Notes: generated by a model from the letters alone, not told the origin. Numbered from the stretch's first letter, positions 1 through 7,917 are shown. The stretch is DNA of 20,000 nucleotides from an uncultured virus (IMG/VR IMGVR_UViG_3300023109_000019) (IMGVR_UViG_3300023109_000019), one strand, 5' to 3'. Made by a program: numbers and translations.

Positions 1-82
1 TACGCAGAATGACACGGTCCTCTCTACGAAGATAAATTGTTCGGAATGATTCCGGTGCTAAAATAATATCATTTACTGCCAT
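1..82 (-). CDS. Partial ORF (runs off the window), MAVNDIILAPESFRTIYLRREDRVILR...; possibly the C-terminal part of a split gp53 baseplate wedge protein
   Basis: ATG at 82-80 preceded by SD-like AGGGA; frame is open to the window edge; lies immediately downstream of, and in frame with, the short gp53 ORF. Confidence 0.6.
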   Translation of the reverse strand, partial: MAVNDIILAPESFRTIYLRREDRVILR

Positions 83-91
83 GTGCTATCC

Positions 92-472
92 CTAAACCTT
101 TTTGATATAATATAATATGTTTTCATCAATACTTTCATTCTTAGTCCAATCAATAACATCTTCACCAATTTTACCAGACTCTGCGGTATATTTATCTACC
201 AAGTAATCATTAAATGTTTGAGCATCCATTGGCCATTCATAATAAGGATCTATGATATTGTTTGCCATATACACTAACCAAATATAATCAACTGAACCGT
301 AATAATCTAAAGCAACATCTTCTGCTCGTTCGCCATCTTTAACGGTATATGAATAATATAAGTATGGGTTATTAGAAACGGCCCTCATAAAAGAAGCACG
401 CCGAGAAATGTCTCTTACCTTTCTTCCTTCATATCTGATTACTGGGAAGTCTTGAAAATACTTATAAGACAC
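92..472 (-). CDS. gp53: Baseplate wedge subunit gp53-like (LysM-like N-terminal region), short form
   Basis: YF..FP.I.Y N-terminus and YTVKDGERAEDVALDYYGSVDYIWLVYMANNIIDPYYEWP motif typical of T4-like gp53; GTG start; follows gp48. Confidence 0.85.
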   Translation of the reverse strand: MSYKYFQDFPVIRYEGRKVRDISRRASFMRAVSNNPYLYYSYTVKDGERAEDVALDYYGSVDYIWLVYMANNIIDPYYEWPMDAQTFNDYLVDKYTAESGKIGEDVIDWTKNESIDENILYYIKKV

Positions 473-473
473 T

Positions 474-1535
474 TTATCCTCCTGCGTTATTTGCTGATGG
501 GGTTGGGGTTACTGTATTGTTTGCGGTTGCTTCTACCACCTTCGGTATTTGAACATCTAATGCAGGAAGCCCAGCCATACCATAATCTTCTGCGGTTTGT
601 ATCTCGAGTTCCATAAACGTCATTGAAATATTAATACCCATAGGTACACCACCTTGAGCAATTGTTGGTGAACTTCCGTTGTCTGCATAGTTAATATCTA
701 TACCTTTACACATACAAGCTTTAAATCTCGGATAGTGCGATTCGTCAACTCCTAAAAGATTAATCATTACAACTGAAGGATACTTTAAATACGCTCTTGC
801 TAATCCACCACTAGTTACATCACGCAATCCTTCAGCGCCTTCTCCTGACGGTGCGAGAGGTTGTACTTGTGGTAATATTTTGCTTTTAACTTTATTTACA
901 ATATTTTTAATATCATCAGCTTCTTGTTTGTTGGCTGGATATACTGACCATGAGAAAGAAAAGTTTCTTAAATCAACTCCGCTGAAATGTAAAGTAGTAA
1001 GTGGATTTTGTACTGAACCTAAAGCTGCACCAATTGATTTTTCTCCAAGTCCTAATCCACCAAGAACACTTGTTCCTAATGTACCAATTAATCTTTTAAA
1101 CATTCCACTTGATTCACCATCCATGGCATCGCCGCTCAGGAGTCCTTGAGTTCCACTAGCAATTGCGTTGCCTAGTTTCTTTGCTGCAGCAACAGGGTCG
1201 TCTGCCGCGGCCACTGCTTGTCCTGTAAGGAACTCTTCAATGAATCCACGTTCAAAAGAATTGATCTGAACTCCTGTGGAATCTGTTAGTGTATTTGGAA
1301 ACGGTAATTCTAATGTAAAGGTACCATTTTCTTTAGCTCTTCTTTGTGCCGCGGTTCCCCATTTCGTTCCACCCCCACCTGTTAAGTTACCAACGGGTGG
1401 TTTAGAAATAAACTCGGAATAATTATAGTCTTTGAATATAAACTGGATTCCGTGTGGGAACTGTCCACTTGGCCATTGAAGTCGGTCTATACCGCCTCTA
1501 TCTCCCATTCTAGTTTTAAAGTCAGGTCTTGCCAT
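474..1535 (-). CDS. gp48: Baseplate tail-tube cap gp48-like
   Basis: LPFPNTLTD, NP..TLHFSGVDLRNFSFSW...P....EA..I..I and YLKYPSV motifs of the gp48 family; adjacent to gp53; late promoter upstream. Confidence 0.8.
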   Translation of the reverse strand: MARPDFKTRMGDRGGIDRLQWPSGQFPHGIQFIFKDYNYSEFISKPPVGNLTGGGGTKWGTAAQRRAKENGTFTLELPFPNTLTDSTGVQINSFERGFIEEFLTGQAVAAADDPVAAAKKLGNAIASGTQGLLSGDAMDGESSGMFKRLIGTLGTSVLGGLGLGEKSIGAALGSVQNPLTTLHFSGVDLRNFSFSWSVYPANKQEADDIKNIVNKVKSKILPQVQPLAPSGEGAEGLRDVTSGGLARAYLKYPSVVMINLLGVDESHYPRFKACMCKGIDINYADNGSSPTIAQGGVPMGINISMTFMELEIQTAEDYGMAGLPALDVQIPKVVEATANNTVTPTPSANNAGG

Positions 1536-1566
1536 GAATTTTCCTCAATTCGTTCCGACGAATCGT

Positions 1567-1574
1567 AATAAATA
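1567..1574 (+). promoter_or_regulatory. T4-type late promoter variant (AATAAATA) for the gp4-gp2-gp54-gp26 operon
   Basis: 7/8 match to TATAAATA in the intergenic gap, about 46 nt upstream of the gp4 ATG. Confidence 0.6.
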
Positions 1575-1592
1575 TGTATATAGTTAATTTAT

Positions 1593-1600
1593 TATTTATA
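1593..1600 (-). promoter_or_regulatory. T4-type late promoter (TATAAATA) for gp48-gp53
   Basis: Exact TATAAATA on the minus strand in the intergenic gap upstream of the gp48 start (1535). Confidence 0.8.
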
Positions 1601-1620
1601 ACAGTAATCGGAAGTATATC

Positions 1621-2082
1621 ATGGCATATAAGGGTAGATTTAGACCAAAAGATCCCAATAAGTATAAAGGTGACCCTACAAAAATTATTTATAGGTCTTT
1701 GTGGGAGTTTAAAGTATTTAAATGGATGGATTCTCACCCAGATGTAATATGGTGGCAATCAGAAGAAGTAATTGTTCCATATAGGTCTCCGATAGACGGT
1801 AGAGTACATAGATACTTTCCTGATGTAATAGTACACAAGAGAGATAACTTAGGTAATCCTCAAACTATTATGATTGAAATCAAACCAAGCGCTCAATGTA
1901 GACCGCCTGATATAAAGAATAAGAATAAAACAAAGACAGGCAGAGTTTCAAGAAGGTATTTAAATGAAGTTAAAACATGGGGAGTTAACGAAGCAAAATG
2001 GAAAGCAGCAAAGAACTTTTGCGCTGACCGAGGATGGCATTTTACAATTATGACAGAACATCATATTCCAGGAGCACGATAA
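1621..2082 (+). CDS. gp4: Head completion protein gp4 (TnsA-like PD-(D/E)xK nuclease fold)
   Basis: MAYKGRFRPKDPNKYKGDPTKIIYRSLWE...RYFPD...IEIKP...NEAKWKAA is the characteristic gp4 signature. Confidence 0.95.
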   Translation: MAYKGRFRPKDPNKYKGDPTKIIYRSLWEFKVFKWMDSHPDVIWWQSEEVIVPYRSPIDGRVHRYFPDVIVHKRDNLGNPQTIMIEIKPSAQCRPPDIKNKNKTKTGRVSRRYLNEVKTWGVNEAKWKAAKNFCADRGWHFTIMTEHHIPGAR

Positions 2083-2697
2083 GTGGCAACTTTATTTTCA
2101 GATATATTAGCAAAGGGTATACGACAAGGGCAAATGCCTGCTCGTTCTCAGGCTGCACGAGAATGGTATCGTAACCAAGCTACACTTAAAGCAGGTAAAG
2201 AAATAACTGCTGAAGCTATATTAAGTACCAAAGATAAAGGAAGAGCAAAAGGAGAGTTACGTGGTGATCAAGTATATGGTTCAATGTACTTTTTTGAATA
2301 CGATCCTAAACATAAAGCAACATTACCATATTACGACAGGTTCCCACTCATATTTCCCATAAATAAGGTAAAGGGTGGTATACTTGGAATGAATATGCAT
2401 TACTTGCCACCGAAGATGAGAGCACAGTTAATGGATGCATTATATACAGTAGCTTCAGATAAGTCGTACGATGAGAATACCGTATTAAATATAAACTATA
2501 AATTGTTACAGAGTGCTTCAAATTTTCGGTTCTTTAAGCCTACAGTTAAAATGTATTTGGCTAAACAAGTTAGGTCAAAGTTTATAAAGATTGCCGCGTC
2601 CGAATGGGACACTGCATTATTTTTACCAGTACAATCATTTCAGAAACAAAGTCAGGGTACTGTGTGGGCGGATTCAAGAAGGATTGCTAGGAGTTAA
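2083..2697 (+). CDS. gp2: DNA end protector protein gp2
   Basis: MYFFEYDPKHKATLPYYDRFPLIFP, GMNMHYLPP and EWDTALFLPV.SF motifs; GTG start directly after the gp4 stop. Confidence 0.93.
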   Translation: MATLFSDILAKGIRQGQMPARSQAAREWYRNQATLKAGKEITAEAILSTKDKGRAKGELRGDQVYGSMYFFEYDPKHKATLPYYDRFPLIFPINKVKGGILGMNMHYLPPKMRAQLMDALYTVASDKSYDENTVLNINYKLLQSASNFRFFKPTVKMYLAKQVRSKFIKIAASEWDTALFLPVQSFQKQSQGTVWADSRRIARS

Positions 2698-2699
2698 GA

Positions 2700-3500
2700 A
2701 TGGCATTTAATATTAGTAGATTTAAGTCAACGTTTGAAGGTCTTGGTGGCCCGGCCAAGGCGAATCTTTTTGAAGTCATGATGACTAATCCTAAATGGAT
2801 GAATACCGCAACGGAAGCAGATAAAGGTAAATTTGACGCAAGAACGTTTACGATGTTTTGTAGTGCAATTACTTTTCCTGGTGTTGCTATTAATACAACA
2901 AACTACGATTACGTTGGTCAGCTATCAAAAATTATTCCGAGCGCAATTACTACACCTGGTCCAATTACAGCAACATTCATTTGCGATTCAGATCATCATA
3001 CATTAAGATTCTTTCATTATTGGATTCGGCACGTTTTAAATTATAGTTCTGCAGGTGGTATTCATAGTGAATGGAAAGAAAAGCTTCCACACGAAGTTGG
3101 ATTTAGAGATGATTATGTTTGTGATTTAGAAATCAAACATTTTTCTACAGACAGTAACCCAAGGTCTTATTACTCTGCGGTATTACAAAAAGCATATCCA
3201 ATTAATGTGGGTGGAGTTGAAATGGCTTGGGATGGAACAGATACGTTCTTAACAATACAAGTACAATTTGCGTTTGACGATTACGAATACTCTGCAGATA
3301 AAGCAGGACATACAGGATCACGTTCAACAAGAGGCGCAGGTTTACTTGATCTTCTTGGAGATGTAGCAGGGTTTGCTGATACTGTAAGAGGAACATTAAA
3401 ATCAGGCAAACCAAGAAACATTCAAGACGCAGTTAACAAATTACAAAGAATAGGAAATTCGTTAGATAACATAACTGACAATCTTCCAACTAAAGGATAA
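2700..3500 (+). CDS. gp54: Baseplate tail-tube initiator gp54-like (gp19 tail-tube fold)
   Basis: GGPAKANLFEV, FCSAITFPG and AYPINVGGVEMAWD...LTIQVQFAF motifs of the gp19/gp54 family; lies next to hub genes. Confidence 0.7.
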   Translation: MAFNISRFKSTFEGLGGPAKANLFEVMMTNPKWMNTATEADKGKFDARTFTMFCSAITFPGVAINTTNYDYVGQLSKIIPSAITTPGPITATFICDSDHHTLRFFHYWIRHVLNYSSAGGIHSEWKEKLPHEVGFRDDYVCDLEIKHFSTDSNPRSYYSAVLQKAYPINVGGVEMAWDGTDTFLTIQVQFAFDDYEYSADKAGHTGSRSTRGAGLLDLLGDVAGFADTVRGTLKSGKPRNIQDAVNKLQRIGNSLDNITDNLPTKG

Positions 3501-3517
3501 CAAATAGGAAATATATT

Positions 3518-4219
3518 ATGGCATTACCAAAAATTGATTTACCGTTAAACAAAATAACTTTACCCAGCGATGATAGTGAAGTTTTATATAGACCGTTTAC
3601 AGTAAAAGAAGAAAAGATATTATTAGTAGCAGCGGAATCAAAAGATCCGATGGTAGAAATGGTGGCAATCAAACAAGTAGTAAATAACTGTTTAATTGAT
3701 AAACCAATTGAAGAAATATCAATGTTAGATTTAGAATACATATTTTTAAAGCTAAGAGCAAGCGCAGTAAATAATACAGCTGCATTTACAATAACAGATC
3801 CTGATACTAATGAATCAATACCTCTTGAGATGGATCTCGAAAACATGGAAATATTAAGAGATCCGAATCATAGTAAAGAAGTTAGAATTAATGATGATTT
3901 AGTTTTATTTTTAAAGTATCCAAACATTGATGATTTTACAAAGATAATTGATATGGAAGCAACCGATCCGTTAGTTAATTATGTTATTATGGTTTCTTGT
4001 TTAGATACATTGGCAACAGAAGATGAAGTACATAACTTTGCTGATTATACTCCAGAAGATATTGCTGATTTTATGGATAACTTGACTGGTGATATAATTA
4101 AGAAGATATCCAACTTCTTTGATACAATGCCAAAGCTTAGACAAGAACTTAAATATACAAATAGTAATGAAGATGAAAAAGTATTTGTAATTGAGGGGAT
4201 GCGTAGTTTTTTTATATAG
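3518..4219 (+). CDS. gp26: Baseplate hub assembly protein gp26-like
   Basis: MALPKIDLP...LPS...YRPFTVKEEKILL...DLEYIFLKLRA...FFDTMPKL...IEGMRSFF, typical of T4-like gp26. Confidence 0.9.
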   Translation: MALPKIDLPLNKITLPSDDSEVLYRPFTVKEEKILLVAAESKDPMVEMVAIKQVVNNCLIDKPIEEISMLDLEYIFLKLRASAVNNTAAFTITDPDTNESIPLEMDLENMEILRDPNHSKEVRINDDLVLFLKYPNIDDFTKIIDMEATDPLVNYVIMVSCLDTLATEDEVHNFADYTPEDIADFMDNLTGDIIKKISNFFDTMPKLRQELKYTNSNEDEKVFVIEGMRSFFI

Positions 4220-4243
4220 GCCTTAGCCATATGAGTCTAGGGC
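4193..4243 (+). promoter_or_regulatory. Putative programmed -1 ribosomal frameshift cassette
   Basis: SD-like GAGGGG at 4193-4198; in-frame T_TTT_TTT heptamer at 4207-4213; 6-nt spacer; stem GCCTTAG/CTAGGGC (4220-4226/4237-4243); the -1 frame is continuous with ORF 4231-4398. Confidence 0.7.
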
Positions 4244-4398
4244 ATTATTATCAATCTATTTTTGGTTTGGCACAACATCATAAGTGGAGTGTTAGTGATA
4301 TTGAAGGTCTAATGCCGTATGAAAGAGATTTATATTTTTCAATGTTATTAGAGTTCATGGAAAGACAAAAAGAAGCGCGTGAGAACGCTAAAAGGTAA
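4231..4398 (+). CDS. gp51: Short gp51-like baseplate hub assembly protein (55 aa; absent from the ORF track); probably also made as a frameshift extension of gp26
   Basis: Manual translation MSLGHYYQSIFGLAQHHKWSVSDIEGLMPYERDLYFSMLLEFMERQKEARENAKR; QHHKWS..IE.LMP.ER..Y motif of the short gp51-like proteins; fills the gap between gp26 and the tape-measure gene. Confidence 0.85.
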   Translation: MSLGHYYQSIFGLAQHHKWSVSDIEGLMPYERDLYFSMLLEFMERQKEARENAKR

Positions 4399-4406
4399 TA
4401 AATTAA

Positions 4407-6335
4407 ATGGCAGAAATAAGTAGAGATACACAAGCAATTTTAGATCGTCTCAAACGAGAGGGATCCCTTACGCGTAATGGCGGTGACGGAAAGAACTCTT
4501 TAAAGACGGTTAAAATAAACCTCGAGAAATTTGGTGTACTCTTTCAAGGTATACAAAACGAGCTTGCTAATTTAAATAAAACGTTTGGCCAAATGCTAAA
4601 CGCAAATCCTAATACGTTCACTGGGCCATTACCTCAAGGCGCACAAGCAGTAGCCCAAACAACATTAGAACCAATTCCAGTTCAATTTGATGCAGAACAA
4701 TTACGAGCATTAGGTCTTGACGAAGAAACGATTGAGTTACAAAAGGAAGCTGCTAAATTAAACATAGCAAATAATTTAGAAGATGAAAAGTTAAGACAAG
4801 TAACTGAGGCAAAAAGAAAAGAAGAAGAGGAAGATAAAAAGAAAAAAGAGCGAGCCGCTGAAGCAAAAAATTACCTTAAAGAAAATACTATTACAGGGCA
4901 GGTACTTACAAATCCATTAAGCTTCTTTACTAAACTATTAAAAGGTGCTGCAATTGCGTTTGTTGGATTTAACGTCGTTAGAGGTATAGTAGATCAATGG
5001 ACAGACGGTAAATTTACTAAGTTTATCGAAGAAATAGATTATGAAGCAATCGGAGATGGTATAAAATCATTTTCCAGCTTCCTTGGAGATACTCCATGGG
5101 CTACATTTACCAAAGCGCTGATTGCATGGACGGCAATTGATTTTGGTATACCGCTTGCTCTTAATGTAACTGGTGAAGCCATACGAACAAGCATGTTGGC
5201 CAAGATGCTAAATAAAGGCGTAATGACTGGAGTTGAGGGTTCTAAAGGATTCTTGTCTACTGTTACTAGCTTAAGAGGAGTAGCCCTCACCGCGGTTGGT
5301 ATCGGTGTTGCTATGATTGGCAGTAAGATTGCTGATGCTATAAGAGCAGAAGTTTCAGGCATGACACCAGATCAAATTGCCAATGAAAAGTTAACCTTAG
5401 ACGCAGGCGATGCTGTTGATGTAGGCTCTATGGCCTTGGCCGGTGCGACAATAGGCTTTATGTTTGGTCCTAAAGGCGCGATGGTTGGAGCAATATTAGG
5501 ATTTGCGTTTGGTGTAGGTAAAAAGGCATATGACTATATTAAGGCCTCTTCAGAAGAAAAGATTAGCTTTGATGAAATGGGCGAAGACTTGGCAAGGACT
5601 AATGCAAAAACTGCGCAAATAATGTTACAAGAACATGCAGATGGTACAAGAGAGTTAGATGCTGAACAAATAGAAGCTTTACAAGAACAAGCCAAAGGAC
5701 CATCTCAAGAATTGTTAAACGCGACCAATAATGAGATTGGAAATCAGCGTGCCAAGTTGAACAAACAGATAGATTTTATTAACATGGAAAAAGGCGATCA
5801 GGTGATAATGGGTTTTGATGCTAGCCCAGACGGAGGGCTTGTTCCACGGTATGGCAAAAAGATTACTGACGCCAGTAAAATTGCTGAGCGGGAAGCCGAT
5901 ATCGCAGCTAGATTAAAAGAAAAACAAGATGAGTTAGATCGTGTTAACTTGTTAGTAGCAGAAAGAATTGAAAAGGGTTTTGGCACTCAAGAACAAATGA
6001 CCAAGCAAGTAACTAAAGGATTCGTCGAAGCGCTGAAGTTTGGAATATTTGGTACTAGTTCTGATATGCTTGAGTATAGAGAAGAACAAGCTGAAAATCA
6101 GCGCCTTTCTTTAATAGATTTTTTCACAAGATCAACCGAAGATGATTATTTAAACGACAAGCAAGTAACAGGAATGATGAAATTAGTTGAAGATGGAGCA
6201 ATGACTAAAGGACAAATGATTACTATTATTAAAAACGGAGATGTTAATCAGTATGTAGATGCTTCAGATAAATCAAGTACAGTTAACAAAAGAACTCTAT
6301 TCACAGGCGGCGATACGGCGCTGATGCCTAATTAA
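4407..6335 (+). CDS. Tail tape-measure / baseplate hub protein (gp29-like), 642 aa
   Basis: Long, apparently helical, Ala/Gly-rich protein with coiled-coil stretches and hydrophobic GxxxG segments (GAMVGAILGFAFGVG); follows gp26/gp51; size similar to T4 gp29. Confidence 0.65.
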   Translation: MAEISRDTQAILDRLKREGSLTRNGGDGKNSLKTVKINLEKFGVLFQGIQNELANLNKTFGQMLNANPNTFTGPLPQGAQAVAQTTLEPIPVQFDAEQLRALGLDEETIELQKEAAKLNIANNLEDEKLRQVTEAKRKEEEEDKKKKERAAEAKNYLKENTITGQVLTNPLSFFTKLLKGAAIAFVGFNVVRGIVDQWTDGKFTKFIEEIDYEAIGDGIKSFSSFLGDTPWATFTKALIAWTAIDFGIPLALNVTGEAIRTSMLAKMLNKGVMTGVEGSKGFLSTVTSLRGVALTAVGIGVAMIGSKIADAIRAEVSGMTPDQIANEKLTLDAGDAVDVGSMALAGATIGFMFGPKGAMVGAILGFAFGVGKKAYDYIKASSEEKISFDEMGEDLARTNAKTAQIMLQEHADGTRELDAEQIEALQEQAKGPSQELLNATNNEIGNQRAKLNKQIDFINMEKGDQVIMGFDASPDGGLVPRYGKKITDASKIAEREADIAARLKEKQDELDRVNLLVAERIEKGFGTQEQMTKQVTKGFVEALKFGIFGTSSDMLEYREEQAENQRLSLIDFFTRSTEDDYLNDKQVTGMMKLVEDGAMTKGQMITIIKNGDVNQYVDASDKSSTVNKRTLFTGGDTALMPN

Positions 6336-6357
6336 AAAAGGGACCCCGAAGGATCCC
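6334..6357 (-). terminator. Rho-independent terminator with C(UUCG)G tetraloop at the convergence of plus- and minus-strand genes
   Basis: Minus strand reads GGGATCC-TTCG-GGGTCCC-TTTTTT. Confidence 0.88.
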
Positions 6358-6407
6358 ATAAAACGGCCAGGAATGGATGTCACCAAACGTGGATTGTTTT
6401 TAATTGT

Positions 6408-6917
6408 TTAGCCTTTCAAATAAGCAAGTACTTTCTCAGGCGTTGTTTCACTGTATGGATCTGTTCCACAGTCGTCTTCCATTCCGTCTTCGGTAAACAT
6501 TCTCTCAACAGTACTATCGTCTACGACCATAGCATATCTCCAAGATCTTTTACCAAAACCAAGATTGTCTTTTGCGACTAACATATCCATTCCTGCTGTA
6601 AATTCGCAAGAACCATCAGGAATCAATTTAACATTCTTAACTCTCAAATCTTCAGCCCATGCATTCATTACAAATGTATCATTACATGCAATACAGTATA
6701 CTTCATCAATTCCTGCCTCAACCATTTGGTCATACAATACATCAAATCCTGGGACTTGATTATTAGAACACGTTGGTGTAAAGGCTCCGGGTAGTGAAAA
6801 TACTACAACTCTTTTTCCTTTAAAGTAATCGTCAGTTGTAGGGTAGGTCCAATCGAACTCACCGCTTTCTACGTTTCTGCTTCTTACTTTAAACGTTACG
6901 TTAGGGACTTGTTTCAT
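6408..6917 (-). CDS. Peroxiredoxin (Prx5/Redoxin family)
   Basis: VVVFSLPGAFTPTCS active site; NDTFVMNAW, DGSCEFT and LGFGKRSWRYAMVV motifs. Confidence 0.95.
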   Translation of the reverse strand: MKQVPNVTFKVRSRNVESGEFDWTYPTTDDYFKGKRVVVFSLPGAFTPTCSNNQVPGFDVLYDQMVEAGIDEVYCIACNDTFVMNAWAEDLRVKNVKLIPDGSCEFTAGMDMLVAKDNLGFGKRSWRYAMVVDDSTVERMFTEDGMEDDCGTDPYSETTPEKVLAYLKG

Positions 6918-6933
6918 AATTTAATTTCCTATC

Positions 6934-6959
6934 AATAAAAGGGTGGCTTGATGCCACCC
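6934..6959 (-). terminator. Rho-independent terminator after hsp20
   Basis: Minus strand reads GGGTGGC-ATCAA-GCCACCC-TTTTATT, 13 nt after the hsp20 stop. Confidence 0.75.
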
Positions 6960-6972
6960 AGATTAAAATTGA

Positions 6973-7425
6973 TTAACTTTTTAAGAACTCTTTCTCATTG
7001 TTAATCTTAATTTTACGTGCCTTCTTTGCCTCAGGAATTATTCGTTCCAATGAAACAGTTAAAAGACCGTTTACGAAGCTGGCATCAATAACTTCAATAT
7101 CGTCAGCAAGAGTAAAACTTCTTGTGAACTTTTTGAAGGAAATACCACGGTGAACGTAATCGCCACCGCCATTAAAATAATCACCTGCTTCATCCCATGT
7201 GGAACGAACAGTTAATACATCTTCTTTTACTTCGATTTCTACATCGTTAATATCAAGACCTGCTAAAGCAAGATCAATAAAGAACTTTTCGCCTTTCGTG
7301 GTTCGGATATTATAAGGCGGGAAGCCTTGTGATCGATGTTCTTGGGGGAACTCTACCAATCTGTCAAAGACTCTATCAAAGCCTACGGCAAAAGGGTGAA
7401 GTTGATTTATATTTAATCCAGTCAT
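6973..7425 (-). CDS. hsp20: Small heat-shock protein (Hsp20/IbpA-like)
   Basis: VGFDRVFD, FPPYNI, LALAG, YVHRGISFKKFTRSFTLAD and NGLLTVSLERIIPE alpha-crystallin-domain motifs; SD AGGAG. Confidence 0.95.
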   Translation of the reverse strand: MTGLNINQLHPFAVGFDRVFDRLVEFPQEHRSQGFPPYNIRTTKGEKFFIDLALAGLDINDVEIEVKEDVLTVRSTWDEAGDYFNGGGDYVHRGISFKKFTRSFTLADDIEVIDASFVNGLLTVSLERIIPEAKKARKIKINNEKEFLKS

Positions 7426-7510
7426 GTTTATCTCCTATTAAGCAAGATTAATTATTACTATGATGGTTGTTACCCATCGCTTATTGTAAAACCCTTACGG
7501 CGTCTTACAA
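7426..7510 (-). ncRNA. Structured hsp20 5' leader with a ROSE-like RNA thermometer hairpin
   Basis: Three hairpins on the minus strand (7484-7510, 7462-7478, 7430-7448); the last is AUCUUGCU-UAAU-AGGAGAU, pairing UUGCU against the SD with a bulged G. Confidence 0.7.
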
Positions 7511-7513
7511 ATT

Positions 7514-7521
7514 TATTTATA
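7514..7521 (-). promoter_or_regulatory. T4-type late promoter (TATAAATA) for hsp20
   Basis: Exact TATAAATA immediately upstream of the structured leader. Confidence 0.8.
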
Positions 7522-7550
7522 ACGAAGAGAAGACATCCTTGTCTAAAAAG

Positions 7551-7736
7551 TTACTCCTTTTCTTCTGTCTCAGTTGCTGCTTTAACTGCACCGCTAGCTG
7601 CATCAAGAGTATATGTTGTTACATCAGATACGTCTTTGATTACACCGCTGATAATACCAGTTGTTCCATCGACAACATTGCCGACTGAACTACAGCCCAT
7701 TACAAAAAAGGTCAATACGAATAGTATATACTTCAT
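7551..7736 (-). CDS. Small lipoprotein (61 aa)
   Basis: MKYILFVLTFFVMG|C signal peptide with lipobox; amphipathic tail; SD AAGGAG. Confidence 0.75.
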   Translation of the reverse strand: MKYILFVLTFFVMGCSSVGNVVDGTTGIISGVIKDVSDVTTYTLDAASGAVKAATETEEKE

Positions 7737-7835
7737 TGCCTTCTCTCCTTATTACTAAGTACTTCCGAGGGTGGTTTCCTACCCACTAATGGCAGGGCGT
7801 ACCACTTGATACGCCGAACATCTTCCTTGAGATAA

Positions 7836-7911
<76 letters not shown>

Positions 7912-7917
7912 TTTATG

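Noticed and set aside
80..94. Amber (TAG) stop-codon reassignment, suggested by two in-frame TAGs after gp53
   Set aside because: All conserved genes are full length in the standard code, TAG ends gp26 and the 16024 gene at sensible positions, and no suppressor tRNA is visible
1621..2082. TnsA-like transposase or homing endonuclease
   Set aside because: Sequence and gp4-gp2 context identify the T4 head completion protein; no mobile-element ends are visible
6358..6407. Possible 3'-UTR-derived sRNA (CU-rich CAUCCAUUCCUGG before the UUCG terminator)
   Set aside because: No promoter, processing site or target evidence in the window
7737..7835. Glutamine (glnA / Downstream-peptide) riboswitch or second tRNA in the spacer
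   Set aside because: Only short words match (GUUC, GGAAGUA); the closing P1 pairing and a cloverleaf cannot be formed
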